Source: a virus
IMG/VR virus record: IMGVR_UViG_3300032116_000032
Coordinates: 32,001-96,000 of that record
Length of the DNA stretch: 64,000 nt
Direction: 5' to 3' (one strand)
Shown here piece by piece: positions 1 to 8,327 of this stretch (its first letter is position 1; each line of letters opens with the position of its first letter). Made by a program: the position numbers and the translations under genes. The notes below the pieces were generated by a model. The model made no database searches, was not told where the DNA came from, and was given only the letters and a program-made list of their open reading frames with translations.

Positions 1-2
1 GA

Positions 3-290
3 CCTGTTAAGAGACATCAGAAAAAACAAACACCAGTACAACCAGAAACAATACGTTTGATATATCCTGTAGATAATTTGTCTCAAGAATACTTTTTTGA
101 ATACACGTGTGATTTGAATTTTGATATCTCAGATAATTTAGAAAGTTATTCTGTATACATAAATGACCAATATTATGGTGATAATGTTGATAGAATTCAA
201 ATCAATACTAACGACACATTGAGAATTGATGTTGTCAAACAAGTAAGTGCCGCCGAATCTTCATTAGCGTTCACACAATTCTTAGTTTAA
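3..290 (+). CDS. 3' part of a gene truncated by the window edge (probable structural/neck-region protein)
   Basis: The frame is open from base 3 (PVKRHQKKQTPVQPETIRLIYPVDN...) to the TAA at 288-290, so the TTG at 57 in the ORF track is internal. Function is inferred only from position upstream of the sheath. Confidence 0.6.
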   Translation, partial: PVKRHQKKQTPVQPETIRLIYPVDNLSQEYFFEYTCDLNFDISDNLESYSVYINDQYYGDNVDRIQINTNDTLRIDVVKQVSAAESSLAFTQFLV

Positions 291-448
291 CTTTCCCCGT
301 ATATATCTTTCTTTTCCTTACATTTTTCAACTATAAGGTTTTCTAAAAATTTATACATTTTAATACCTCTCTTATCGCAATATTTTTTCAGGACATCGTG
401 TACTTCAACATCAATTTTTAAGTTTTTTATCTTCTTAGGTTCTTTCAT
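287..448 (-). CDS. Ribbon-helix-helix (RHH/CopG-like) DNA-binding protein, 53 aa
   Basis: From ATG at 448: MKEPKKIKNLKIDVEVHDVLKKYCDKRGIKMYKFLENLIVEK, i.e. an alternating beta-ribbon (KNLKID), helix A, a G-x turn and helix B. The longer ORF-track start at 505 adds a non-protein-like leader that overlaps the promoter motif. Confidence 0.7.
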   Translation of the reverse strand: MKEPKKIKNLKIDVEVHDVLKKYCDKRGIKMYKFLENLIVEKCKEKKDIYGES

Positions 449-489
449 AACGGTAGGTAGAAAAAAGGCAGAATAAAATCTTACCAAAA

Positions 490-497
490 TATAAATA
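490..497 (-). promoter_or_regulatory. TATTTATA motif (putative late promoter) for the RHH gene
   Basis: TATAAATA on + equals TATTTATA on -, about 42 nt upstream of ATG 448. Confidence 0.45.
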
Positions 498-533
498 GTT
501 TGCACAATGTAAAGTTTTTACTAAAAACTCGAA

Positions 534-541
534 TATTTATA
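534..541 (+). promoter_or_regulatory. TATTTATA putative late promoter (tail sheath)
   Basis: Recurrent motif, 31 nt upstream of ATG 573. Confidence 0.6.
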
Positions 542-572
542 GGTAAAATAAATAAGTAAAGACATTTTAAAC

Positions 573-3500
573 ATGGCAACAAACAGTAAAGTTTTCGTTT
601 CACCTGGTGTTTATACTTCTGAAGTAGATTTGAGCTTTGTTGCTCAAAGCGTCGGGGTAACAACATTAGGTATCGTAGGTGAAACTTTGATAGGTCCAGC
701 TTTTGAACCGATTTTTATTACAAATTTTGATGAATTCCAAACAGTATTTGGAGGTACTTCACCAGAAAAATTTGTTAATACCCAAATTCCAAAGTATGAA
801 GCGGCTTACATTGCAAAAGCATATCTACAACAATCCAATCAATTATTCGTAACAAGAATCTTAGGATTATCAGGTTACGATGCAGGACCATCTTGGTCAA
901 TAACTACGGTTGCTAACGTAGATCCATCAACAATTGGTGTTTGGTGTCTAAGTTCAGTAACTAATTCGGCAACTTGTGTTACAACATGTGTAGTTCCAAA
1001 AGAACTCACATTTACAGTTCCGTTTACTGCTTGTACTAATTCAACAACAACAATAGGTTTCCAAGGAAGCTTCCCTTCAATTATTCAAGACATAATTACA
1101 GAACAATATGAAGAGTTTAACGGAGATACTTCTACATTAGAAACTCAAATTAATAATTTAATTTTTGATGTTATCACAAGTAACAATCCTTATCTTGCGG
1201 AAGATGAACAAATTGCTTACTTTGGTTCTATTGCTACTGACGACTATAACACATTAAATGGTGCTGGTTGGACAGCGGGAACTAATGTATTTAATGTTCC
1301 ATCTGTATCGTTTGATGCCACTGATTTAACTTCTCCTTTGAATGATTCTTGGTACTATGCGTTATTTACAAATACAGGTAATACAAATTACTCAGGATAT
1401 TCATTCTCTACTTTGGTGTCAGGTTTAACGGCTTATTATCCAAACCCAACTCCTACACCACAAGCATCATCATCACCAACACCTACACCATCGGCAGCTA
1501 ATCCTTGTATTACACCGTCACCTTTTGTGTCACCTACACCTACTCCTACACCTGTTAATATTGATTGTTATTCAGGAACTATTGTTGGTAAAATTTATTA
1601 CTACACAGGGACATCATATGTTGATTACGATAATGTAGTTGTTGCAACTTTAAGATCAAGAGGTATTGCAACTTATACAAACTCAACTAACCCAGCATAC
1701 TCAGTAACGGCAACAACAGATGCTAGTTTAGATATGACAGGAAAATATGCTGGAGTTCTTAAAAACCCATACTTGACATTTGCGGTTAATTGTACTGATA
1801 AATTTGGTCAAAACTTTACGTTTGAAACTTCTTTAACTCAAAATGATCCTGAGTATATTAGTAAAGTGTTTGGGATTGCAAACTTCCAAAAACCAAGAAT
1901 TGAAGTTCCATTATTTAATGAGGAAGTATTCCAATCTTGGTTAAACTACTCTTGGAAAAAAGGATACGTTAGAGGTTTAAATCCAAACTTTATTGAATTA
2001 GACTCTGCTCAAAGTGGTGACCCTAACTCAATTGGATGGTATTTGGACAGATATCAAACGCCTAATTCTCCTTGGGTTGTATCAGAATTAAGAGGTAATA
2101 AAGTTTATGACCTATTCAGGTTCTACACAATTTCTGATGGTGATGCCGCTAACACGTTAATTAAAGTTTCACTTATCAATCAAACTTATAACAACTTAAC
2201 GTTTGATGTATTGATTCGTGACTATTTTGATACTGATGCAAACCCTGTAGTTCTTGAGAAATTTACAAACTGTACAATGGATCCAGGACAAAACAACTTT
2301 ATTGCAAATAAAATTGGTACATTGGATGGAGAATACGCACTGAATTCTAAATACGTAATGGTTGAAATGAACGAGGATGCCCCAATTGACGCACTTCCTT
2401 GTGGATTCAACGGATTTAACTTCAGAAATTATGCAGGAGCTCAATCACCATTCCCAATTATTAAAGGTAAATATGATTTCCCTGGCGAAGTAATTTATAA
2501 CCCACCATTTGGTTTGTCTTCAGGTAATGATGATGCGTTGGTAAGTCCGGGAGATAATGTTAGAAGAACATACTTAGGTATATCTAACAATTTAGGATGG
2601 GATGCCGCTTACTTCGAATACGTTGGTAAGAGAAATCCTAATAATACTTGTGATATTGATGGTTTACCATTCAACTACAGATCTGCAGGTTTCCACATGG
2701 ACGTAAATGCAAGTGGTTTAACAATCGGGCCTGAGTTCTCGACGAGTGGTGACCCAAGATTTATCTGTGGTAACTCACCATTCATCACTGAACCTGAACT
2801 TCCAACAAACGCATACTATAGATTGTTCGCACGTAAATTCACATTCTTAGTACAAGGTGGATTTGACGGATGGGATATCTACAGAGAATGGAGAACTAAC
2901 GAAGATAGATTCCAAATCGGTAGAACAGGATTCCTATTCGGAGCTTGTCCATCTACAAGATACCCACAAGCAACAGGTTGGGGAGCGTTTAAAGAAATTT
3001 CTTTAGGTGACGGAACTCAGAATTGGGCAAATACCGACTACTATGCATACTTGTTAGGTCAACAAACATTTGCAAACCCTGAGGCGGTTAACATTAACGT
3101 GTTTGTAACACCGGGTATTGATTATGTAAATAACAGTAACCTTGTAGAAGATGCGGTTAATATGATTGAATTCAACAGAGCGGACTCATTATACATTTGT
3201 ACAACTCCTGACGTTGATATGTATGTTGCAACTACAACAGGGATTGATGTATTTATCTACCCAACAGAAGCAGTTGACAACTTAGAGAATACAGGAATTG
3301 ACTCTAACTACACGGCTACTTACTATCCGTGGGTATTGACAAGAGATAGTGTAAATAACACTCAAATCTATATCCCACCAACAGCTGAAGTAACAAGAAA
3401 CTTAGCGTTGACAGATAACATCGCGTTCCCTTGGTTCGCTGCGGCGGGTTACACTCGTGGTATTGTTAACTGTATTAAAGCTCGTAAGAAGTTAACTCAA

Positions 3501-3923
3501 GAAGATAGAGACATCCTTTACGTAGGTAGACTTAACCCAATCGCAACCTTCTCTGATGTCGGTACCGTAATTTGGGGTAACAAAACTCTACAAGTAAGAG
3601 AATCGGCTCTTGACAGAATCAACGTTAGAAGATTGTTGTTACAAGCTCGTAAATTGATTTCAGCAGTTTCTGTAAGACTATTGTTTGAACAAAACGACTC
3701 ACAAGTAAGACAAGACTTCTTAAATGCTGTTAACCCAATCTTAGATGCAATCAGAAGAGATCGTGGTTTATATGACTTCCGAGTTACAGTTTCTTCAGAT
3801 CCTGAGGATTTAGATAGAAACCAAATGACAGGTAAGATTTATATCAAACCAACAAGATCACTTGAATTTATCGACATTACATTCTATATCACTCCAACAG
3901 GAGCATCGTTTGAGAATATATAA
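573..3923 (+). CDS. Contractile tail sheath protein (T4 gp18-like) with large insertion domains
   Basis: N-terminal FVSPGVYTSEVDLS; C-terminal sheath signatures WFAAAGYTRG, LNPIATF, IWGNKTLQ, DRINVRRLL, IYIKPTRSLEFI. Confidence 0.95.
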   Translation: MATNSKVFVSPGVYTSEVDLSFVAQSVGVTTLGIVGETLIGPAFEPIFITNFDEFQTVFGGTSPEKFVNTQIPKYEAAYIAKAYLQQSNQLFVTRILGLSGYDAGPSWSITTVANVDPSTIGVWCLSSVTNSATCVTTCVVPKELTFTVPFTACTNSTTTIGFQGSFPSIIQDIITEQYEEFNGDTSTLETQINNLIFDVITSNNPYLAEDEQIAYFGSIATDDYNTLNGAGWTAGTNVFNVPSVSFDATDLTSPLNDSWYYALFTNTGNTNYSGYSFSTLVSGLTAYYPNPTPTPQASSSPTPTPSAANPCITPSPFVSPTPTPTPVNIDCYSGTIVGKIYYYTGTSYVDYDNVVVATLRSRGIATYTNSTNPAYSVTATTDASLDMTGKYAGVLKNPYLTFAVNCTDKFGQNFTFETSLTQNDPEYISKVFGIANFQKPRIEVPLFNEEVFQSWLNYSWKKGYVRGLNPNFIELDSAQSGDPNSIGWYLDRYQTPNSPWVVSELRGNKVYDLFRFYTISDGDAANTLIKVSLINQTYNNLTFDVLIRDYFDTDANPVVLEKFTNCTMDPGQNNFIANKIGTLDGEYALNSKYVMVEMNEDAPIDALPCGFNGFNFRNYAGAQSPFPIIKGKYDFPGEVIYNPPFGLSSGNDDALVSPGDNVRRTYLGISNNLGWDAAYFEYVGKRNPNNTCDIDGLPFNYRSAGFHMDVNASGLTIGPEFSTSGDPRFICGNSPFITEPELPTNAYYRLFARKFTFLVQGGFDGWDIYREWRTNEDRFQIGRTGFLFGACPSTRYPQATGWGAFKEISLGDGTQNWANTDYYAYLLGQQTFANPEAVNINVFVTPGIDYVNNSNLVEDAVNMIEFNRADSLYICTTPDVDMYVATTTGIDVFIYPTEAVDNLENTGIDSNYTATYYPWVLTRDSVNNTQIYIPPTAEVTRNLALTDNIAFPWFAAAGYTRGIVNCIKARKKLTQEDRDILYVGRLNPIATFSDVGTVIWGNKTLQVRESALDRINVRRLLLQARKLISAVSVRLLFEQNDSQVRQDFLNAVNPILDAIRRDRGLYDFRVTVSSDPEDLDRNQMTGKIYIKPTRSLEFIDITFYITPTGASFENI

Positions 3924-3942
3924 GTTGGTTTATTATTCATAC

Positions 3943-3969
3943 AAAGGGGGACGAAAGTTCCCCTTTTTT
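3943..3969 (+). terminator. Rho-independent terminator after sheath
   Basis: AAAGGGGGAC-GAAA-GTTCCCCTTT hairpin with a GNRA loop, followed by a T-run. Confidence 0.85.
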
Positions 3970-3979
3970 ATTTAAGAGA

Positions 3980-3987
3980 TATTTATT
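3980..3987 (+). promoter_or_regulatory. TATTTATT putative late promoter (HAD gene)
   Basis: Motif 3 nt before ATG 3991. Confidence 0.45.
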
Positions 3988-3990
3988 AAT

Positions 3991-4821
3991 ATGAATTACA
4001 AAAAATTTGTTAAAGAAATTTTATCTGAAATCATTCACGATCAGATGAAACCCACAATGAAGTATTATGCTTTTGACTGGGATGATAACCTTATGTATAT
4101 GCCAACAAAAATTTATCTTGTAGATGATAAAGGTAAAACTGTTGGTATGTCTACGGAAGATTTTGCGGAGTATAGAACTGATATTGGTAAAGAACCGTTC
4201 AAATATGAGGGTCACACTATTGTAGATTTTGATAAGGATGCCTTCAGAGACTTTAAAGTACCAGGTGACAAGGCTTTCATTAGTGATGCTATGAAAGCAG
4301 AAACAGGTCCTGCATGGAGTGACTTTGTTGAGGCGGTTAATAATGGGTCTATTTTTGCAATCATCACAGCAAGAGGACACACCCCTTCGGTTCTTAAAAA
4401 TGCGATTTATAATCTAATTAAGAAAAACAAACACGGATTAAGTGAAAAAGAACTTGTTAAAAATCTTAAAAAATATAGAGATTTGGCAGATGAAGAAGAA
4501 TTGTCGGATGATGAATTGGTAAGAGTATATTTAGATATGAACAAATATCATCCTGTAAGTTTCGGTGAAGGTTCTGCTGCGAATCCTGAAGAACTTAAAG
4601 TAAAAGCAATGAGTGAGTTTATGAGATACGTTCAAGAACTTTCAAGGAAACTACAAGAAAAAGCTTTTATGAAAAATAAAATAAGTAATTATTTTGTACC
4701 TTATATTGGGTTTTCAGATGATGATTTAAGAAACGTTCAAGCAATGAAGAAACATTTTGATGATGAATCTGGATTAGATATTTATCATACAGGAGGAGGT
4801 AAAAAAACTAAATTTGAATAA
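3991..4821 (+). CDS. HAD-superfamily hydrolase/phosphatase
   Basis: Motif I AFDWDDNL (DxD), motif II IITARGH, motif IV IGFSDDDLRN. Confidence 0.75.
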   Translation: MNYKKFVKEILSEIIHDQMKPTMKYYAFDWDDNLMYMPTKIYLVDDKGKTVGMSTEDFAEYRTDIGKEPFKYEGHTIVDFDKDAFRDFKVPGDKAFISDAMKAETGPAWSDFVEAVNNGSIFAIITARGHTPSVLKNAIYNLIKKNKHGLSEKELVKNLKKYRDLADEEELSDDELVRVYLDMNKYHPVSFGEGSAANPEELKVKAMSEFMRYVQELSRKLQEKAFMKNKISNYFVPYIGFSDDDLRNVQAMKKHFDDESGLDIYHTGGGKKTKFE

Positions 4822-4889
4822 TAACTGGGACTAGTTAAGATATAATTTGAAAAATAATTGAAGTAAATAGAAAAATTTTTATTTCATAG

Positions 4890-4897
4890 TATTTATA
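4890..4897 (+). promoter_or_regulatory. TATTTATA putative late promoter (tail tube)
   Basis: Motif 32 nt upstream of ATG 4930. Confidence 0.6.
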
Positions 4898-4929
4898 ATA
4901 AAAATAAAACAAAATTTAAACAATAAGAT

Positions 4930-5418
4930 ATGGCTGATTTATTAATGAAAATGCCGATCCCTTACGAACCGAAAAGGGAGAACCGATGGATCTTAAGATT
5001 CCCTTCATCACTTGGAATTAACGAGTGGTATGTGGAAAGTGCGTCAAGACCAAAACTTACGATCAACTCAAAAGAGATCGAATTTTTAAATACTTCAACG
5101 TTTGTTGCTGGTAGATTTAAATGGGATGCAATTTCAGTTAAATTCCGTGACCCTATTGGACCTTCAGCATCACAAGCTATTATGGAGTGGATTCGTTTAT
5201 GTGCTGAGTCGGTAACGGGACGTATGGGTTATGCAGCAGGTTACAAAAAAAATGTTGACCTTGAAATGTTGGATCCAACAGGGGTAGTTGTTGAAAAATG
5301 GATATTAGAAGGAGCATTTCTTTTAGGGTATGATGGAGGTTCTTTAGCTTACAACTCTGATAATATCGCAGGTATCACATGTCAAATGCAAATGGATAGA
5401 TGTATCTTAGTATACTAA
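4930..5418 (+). CDS. Tail tube protein (T4 gp19-like)
   Basis: 162 aa downstream of the sheath; gp19-type pattern RENRWILRF...AGRFKWDAISVKFRD...YKKNVDLEMLDPTGVVVEKWILEGAF. Confidence 0.9.
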   Translation: MADLLMKMPIPYEPKRENRWILRFPSSLGINEWYVESASRPKLTINSKEIEFLNTSTFVAGRFKWDAISVKFRDPIGPSASQAIMEWIRLCAESVTGRMGYAAGYKKNVDLEMLDPTGVVVEKWILEGAFLLGYDGGSLAYNSDNIAGITCQMQMDRCILVY

Positions 5419-5440
5419 TCTAAATAATACTAAAACATAT

Positions 5441-5473
5441 AACCGTAGACTTTACAGTTTACGGTTTTTTTTT
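5441..5473 (+). terminator. Rho-independent terminator after tail tube
   Basis: AACCGTAGAC-TTTACA-GTTTACGGTT stem-loop followed by a T-run. Confidence 0.8.
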
Positions 5474-5500
5474 ATCATTTAAGTTGAAATTATATATAAT

Positions 5501-6271
5501 ATGGAACAAAATGAATATACAGTAGGTCACGGTAATTTGAATTTACCTCATGACGTTATAACTCTACCAACACAGGGGATTTTTTATAAATCAAAAAAGA
5601 AATCAGTTAAAGTGGGTTATTTGACTGCGGTTGATGAAAACATACTTTCAGATTACGATGGAACAAGAAATGTTACTGAGTCAATTATTCTACCATTGTT
5701 AAGGAACAAAGTATATGAAAGAGAAATCAGACCTGAAGAACTTTTAGATGGAGATGTTGAAGCAATCTTGTTGTTCTTAAGAAACACAGCTTTTGGACCT
5801 GAATACAAAGTGACAGTCACAGATCCCGTAACCGAACAAAAATTTACTTCAACAATTAAGTTAGATGAACTTAATTTCAAAAAGACAGAGGTAGAACCTG
5901 ATGAAAACGGACTTTTCAATGTGACATTACCTATGTCAAAAAACAAAGTAACTTTAAAATTATTATCAATATATGATACGTTAGAAATTAACGCAATTTT
6001 AAAATCGTATCCTTCTGACAGAACTGCACCGACAATCACAACTAAGTTGAACAAGCACATTGTAAGTTTAAATGGTGATACGGACAGAATTAAAATTTCA
6101 ACATTTGTTGAAAGTATGCCAATTGCTGATTCTAAATTTATTAGAAGATTTCTAGTTGATAACGAACCAAGATTAGATTTAAGAAAAGAAGTAATAGCCC
6201 CGTCAGGAGAAAGAGTAATGGTCAACATTGCTTTTGGGGTGGAGTTTTTTCGGCCTTTCTTCGCAATATAA
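5501..6271 (+). CDS. Tail/baseplate-hub assembly chaperone (T4 gp26-like / lambda G-position gene)
   Basis: Lies between tube and tape measure; HDVITLPTQG..Y, LTAVDENIL, DVEAILLFLR and a C-terminal GVEFFRP resemble phage tail chaperones. Confidence 0.7.
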   Translation: MEQNEYTVGHGNLNLPHDVITLPTQGIFYKSKKKSVKVGYLTAVDENILSDYDGTRNVTESIILPLLRNKVYEREIRPEELLDGDVEAILLFLRNTAFGPEYKVTVTDPVTEQKFTSTIKLDELNFKKTEVEPDENGLFNVTLPMSKNKVTLKLLSIYDTLEINAILKSYPSDRTAPTITTKLNKHIVSLNGDTDRIKISTFVESMPIADSKFIRRFLVDNEPRLDLRKEVIAPSGERVMVNIAFGVEFFRPFFAI

Positions 6272-6404
6272 GATAACCATATTAGATGAGTTTTATTATT
6301 TCTCTAAAATTTTTAGAACACAATATTCTGAGTTTATGTCTATGCCTACATACATAAGAAAATATTTAATTAACAAATATGTTGAAGAAATTGAAAATAA
6401 ATAA
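6219..6404 (+). CDS. Overlapping +1-frame extension of the tail chaperone (GT-like product, probably reached by frameshift); absent from the ORF track
   Basis: Frame open 6219-6404 with no ATG until 6336; encodes ...FGLSSQYKITILDEFYYFSKIFRTQYSEFMSMPTYIRKYLINKYVEEIENK*, which looks like a chaperone C-terminus; it fills the gap before the tape measure gene. Confidence 0.65.
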   Translation, partial: WSTLLLGWSFFGLSSQYKITILDEFYYFSKIFRTQYSEFMSMPTYIRKYLINKYVEEIENK

Positions 6405-6409
6405 AATGA

Positions 6410-6417
6410 TATTTATG
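6410..6417 (+). promoter_or_regulatory. TATTTATG putative late promoter (tape measure)
   Basis: Motif 18 nt upstream of ATG 6436. Confidence 0.5.
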
Positions 6418-6435
6418 AGTAAATAGGTAATTAGA

Positions 6436-8280
6436 ATGAGTGATGAAAAGACATATAGTAAAGAAGAAATTGATAAGTTAGTCAAGGAAGCCTACAAAAA
6501 AGGTAGGAAAGAATCTGGTGATGATGATGGAGACGAAAAACCCGATCTACTTAATTTTGAAAAAGATTATGTAAAAAGTTGGCAAATTGGTCTAAAGGAT
6601 ATTAAAGATATTACTCAAGAAACAATGAAAGCAGTTGCCGATTCTTTTGTTGATCAAAGTTTAGGTGAAAATACTTTTATTAAATTATTAGATCAACAAG
6701 CTACTGAACTTTCTGCACAATTTGGTGTTGGAAAGGGTAGGATGGAGGAATTCCGTCAATCTATCGCAGATGTGTCTCCTGCTCTTATAAGAATGGGTAT
6801 AGACCAAGAAACTGCAATCAAGAACATAGGTAAAATGGGTGAGGCATTGGGATCCGCGGCAAGTTTAGGAAGTGAGGCTATAATTGAACTATCCGCCGCT
6901 TCTAAAGCAACTGGACAAGATGTTGGTGTTTTAACTGGAAAATTCAGAGAAGTCGGTATATCGGTTTATGATGTCGGTGAAAAAATGTTAGAAGTTGCAA
7001 ATTCTGCAAGAGCTGCTGGTGTTTCAGTCGGTGCGGTATCTTCAGCTGTTGCCACAAACATAGGAAAATTAAACGTATATAATTTTGAAGGTGGTATTAA
7101 CGGTCTAACAAAAATGTCTATACAGGCATCTAGACTTGGTGTTGATATGGGTAAAGTATTCAAAATTGCCGATGATTTATTCTCACCTGAAAAAGCGATT
7201 GAGTTATCAGCATCATTACAAAGATTAGGTGTTACATCAAGTGGGTTGTTAGATCCATTAAGAGCGATGGACATGGCTCAAAACGATCCTGAAGCCTTAC
7301 AAAAAGAAATAGTCAATATGTCAAAAGAATTTACCAAGTTCAATGAACAAACAGGTAAATTTGAAATTATGCCAGGGTCAAAACGAAGATTAAGAGAGGT
7401 TGCCGAAGCTATGGGTATGACTGCTGAAGAGTTAGCAGGTATGTCAATAAAAGCTTCTGAGTTCGACAAAAAAATGTCACAAATCAAATTACCAAGTTTT
7501 GCTGAGGGTAATGAAGAAACTAAAGAACTCATTGCTAGTATGGCACAGATGAAGGATGGTGTTGCCACGGTTAATGTAAAAGATGAAAAAACAGGTGAAG
7601 TATTATTAAAACAAGTTGATCAATTAACACCCGAGGATATTGAAAAACTAAAAGAGTCTCAAACAACTCAGGCTCAAACCGTTGAAGAGTTAGCTTATGA
7701 TCAATTAACAGAGTTACAACAGATTAATTATAGTATATCGGGAACAAAGGCTGCAGTTGGGTTTGGGAAAGCTACTTCAGAACCAATCGAAAAACTCTTC
7801 ACAACTATGATGGGTATCAATAAAGATGTTGCCGTGGGCATGAATAGAGGTGTAACGACAAAATCTATTAGAGAACCATTAACACAACTAACCCAACCAA
7901 TTGAAGATGCAATAACCTCATTATTGAAAGAAGATAAAGAAGGTGCGAATTTAGCATTAACTAATTTTTTAACAAACGCCGCTAAAATAGAAGAAGAATC
8001 AAAAGTTAAAATTCAAGCTTCATTTGATGCAACTTTAAAAAGTATTCAGGATACATTTAATAAAGCGTATAATCCACAAAAACCTGCAGAGGGACAAGTA
8101 ATAACCGTTAATTGGAATATTTCAGGTGATCCTAATATTACTAAAAACGTTGATCAAGAAACCGTCAATAAAATGATGATCAAAGGATCGGACACTCCTG
8201 AGGTTAAAGTCAATTTAAATAGTAATTTAAATTCTAAAAACGCACCATCAGCTATGACAGGAGGAAAAAATCAACCTTAA
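6436..8280 (+). CDS. Tape measure protein
   Basis: Ala/Ser/Glu/Lys-rich and apparently helical, 614 aa, in the canonical position after tube and chaperone. Confidence 0.75.
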   Translation: MSDEKTYSKEEIDKLVKEAYKKGRKESGDDDGDEKPDLLNFEKDYVKSWQIGLKDIKDITQETMKAVADSFVDQSLGENTFIKLLDQQATELSAQFGVGKGRMEEFRQSIADVSPALIRMGIDQETAIKNIGKMGEALGSAASLGSEAIIELSAASKATGQDVGVLTGKFREVGISVYDVGEKMLEVANSARAAGVSVGAVSSAVATNIGKLNVYNFEGGINGLTKMSIQASRLGVDMGKVFKIADDLFSPEKAIELSASLQRLGVTSSGLLDPLRAMDMAQNDPEALQKEIVNMSKEFTKFNEQTGKFEIMPGSKRRLREVAEAMGMTAEELAGMSIKASEFDKKMSQIKLPSFAEGNEETKELIASMAQMKDGVATVNVKDEKTGEVLLKQVDQLTPEDIEKLKESQTTQAQTVEELAYDQLTELQQINYSISGTKAAVGFGKATSEPIEKLFTTMMGINKDVAVGMNRGVTTKSIREPLTQLTQPIEDAITSLLKEDKEGANLALTNFLTNAAKIEEESKVKIQASFDATLKSIQDTFNKAYNPQKPAEGQVITVNWNISGDPNITKNVDQETVNKMMIKGSDTPEVKVNLNSNLNSKNAPSAMTGGKNQP

Positions 8281-8309
8281 TATACTATTCAAAAAAATAG
8301 ACTATAATC

Positions 8310-8317
8310 TATTTATA
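8310..8317 (+). promoter_or_regulatory. TATTTATA putative late promoter
   Basis: Motif 10 nt upstream of ATG 8328. Confidence 0.6.
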
Positions 8318-8327
8318 AAATAAAAGT

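Noticed and set aside
481-666. 61-aa minus-strand ORF and the extended 505 start of the RHH gene
   Set aside because: They overlap the sheath start and the promoter motifs; the RHH-like sequence begins at ATG 448
5653-6228. 191-aa minus-strand ORF and similar antisense ORFs (e.g. 4021-4380, 6966-7274, 21427-21831, 49461-49868, 59239-59529)
   Set aside because: They lie opposite well-supported genes, and several simply mirror low-complexity sense tracts (poly-Val opposite poly-Thr, VPF/VPL opposite collagen); no start signals
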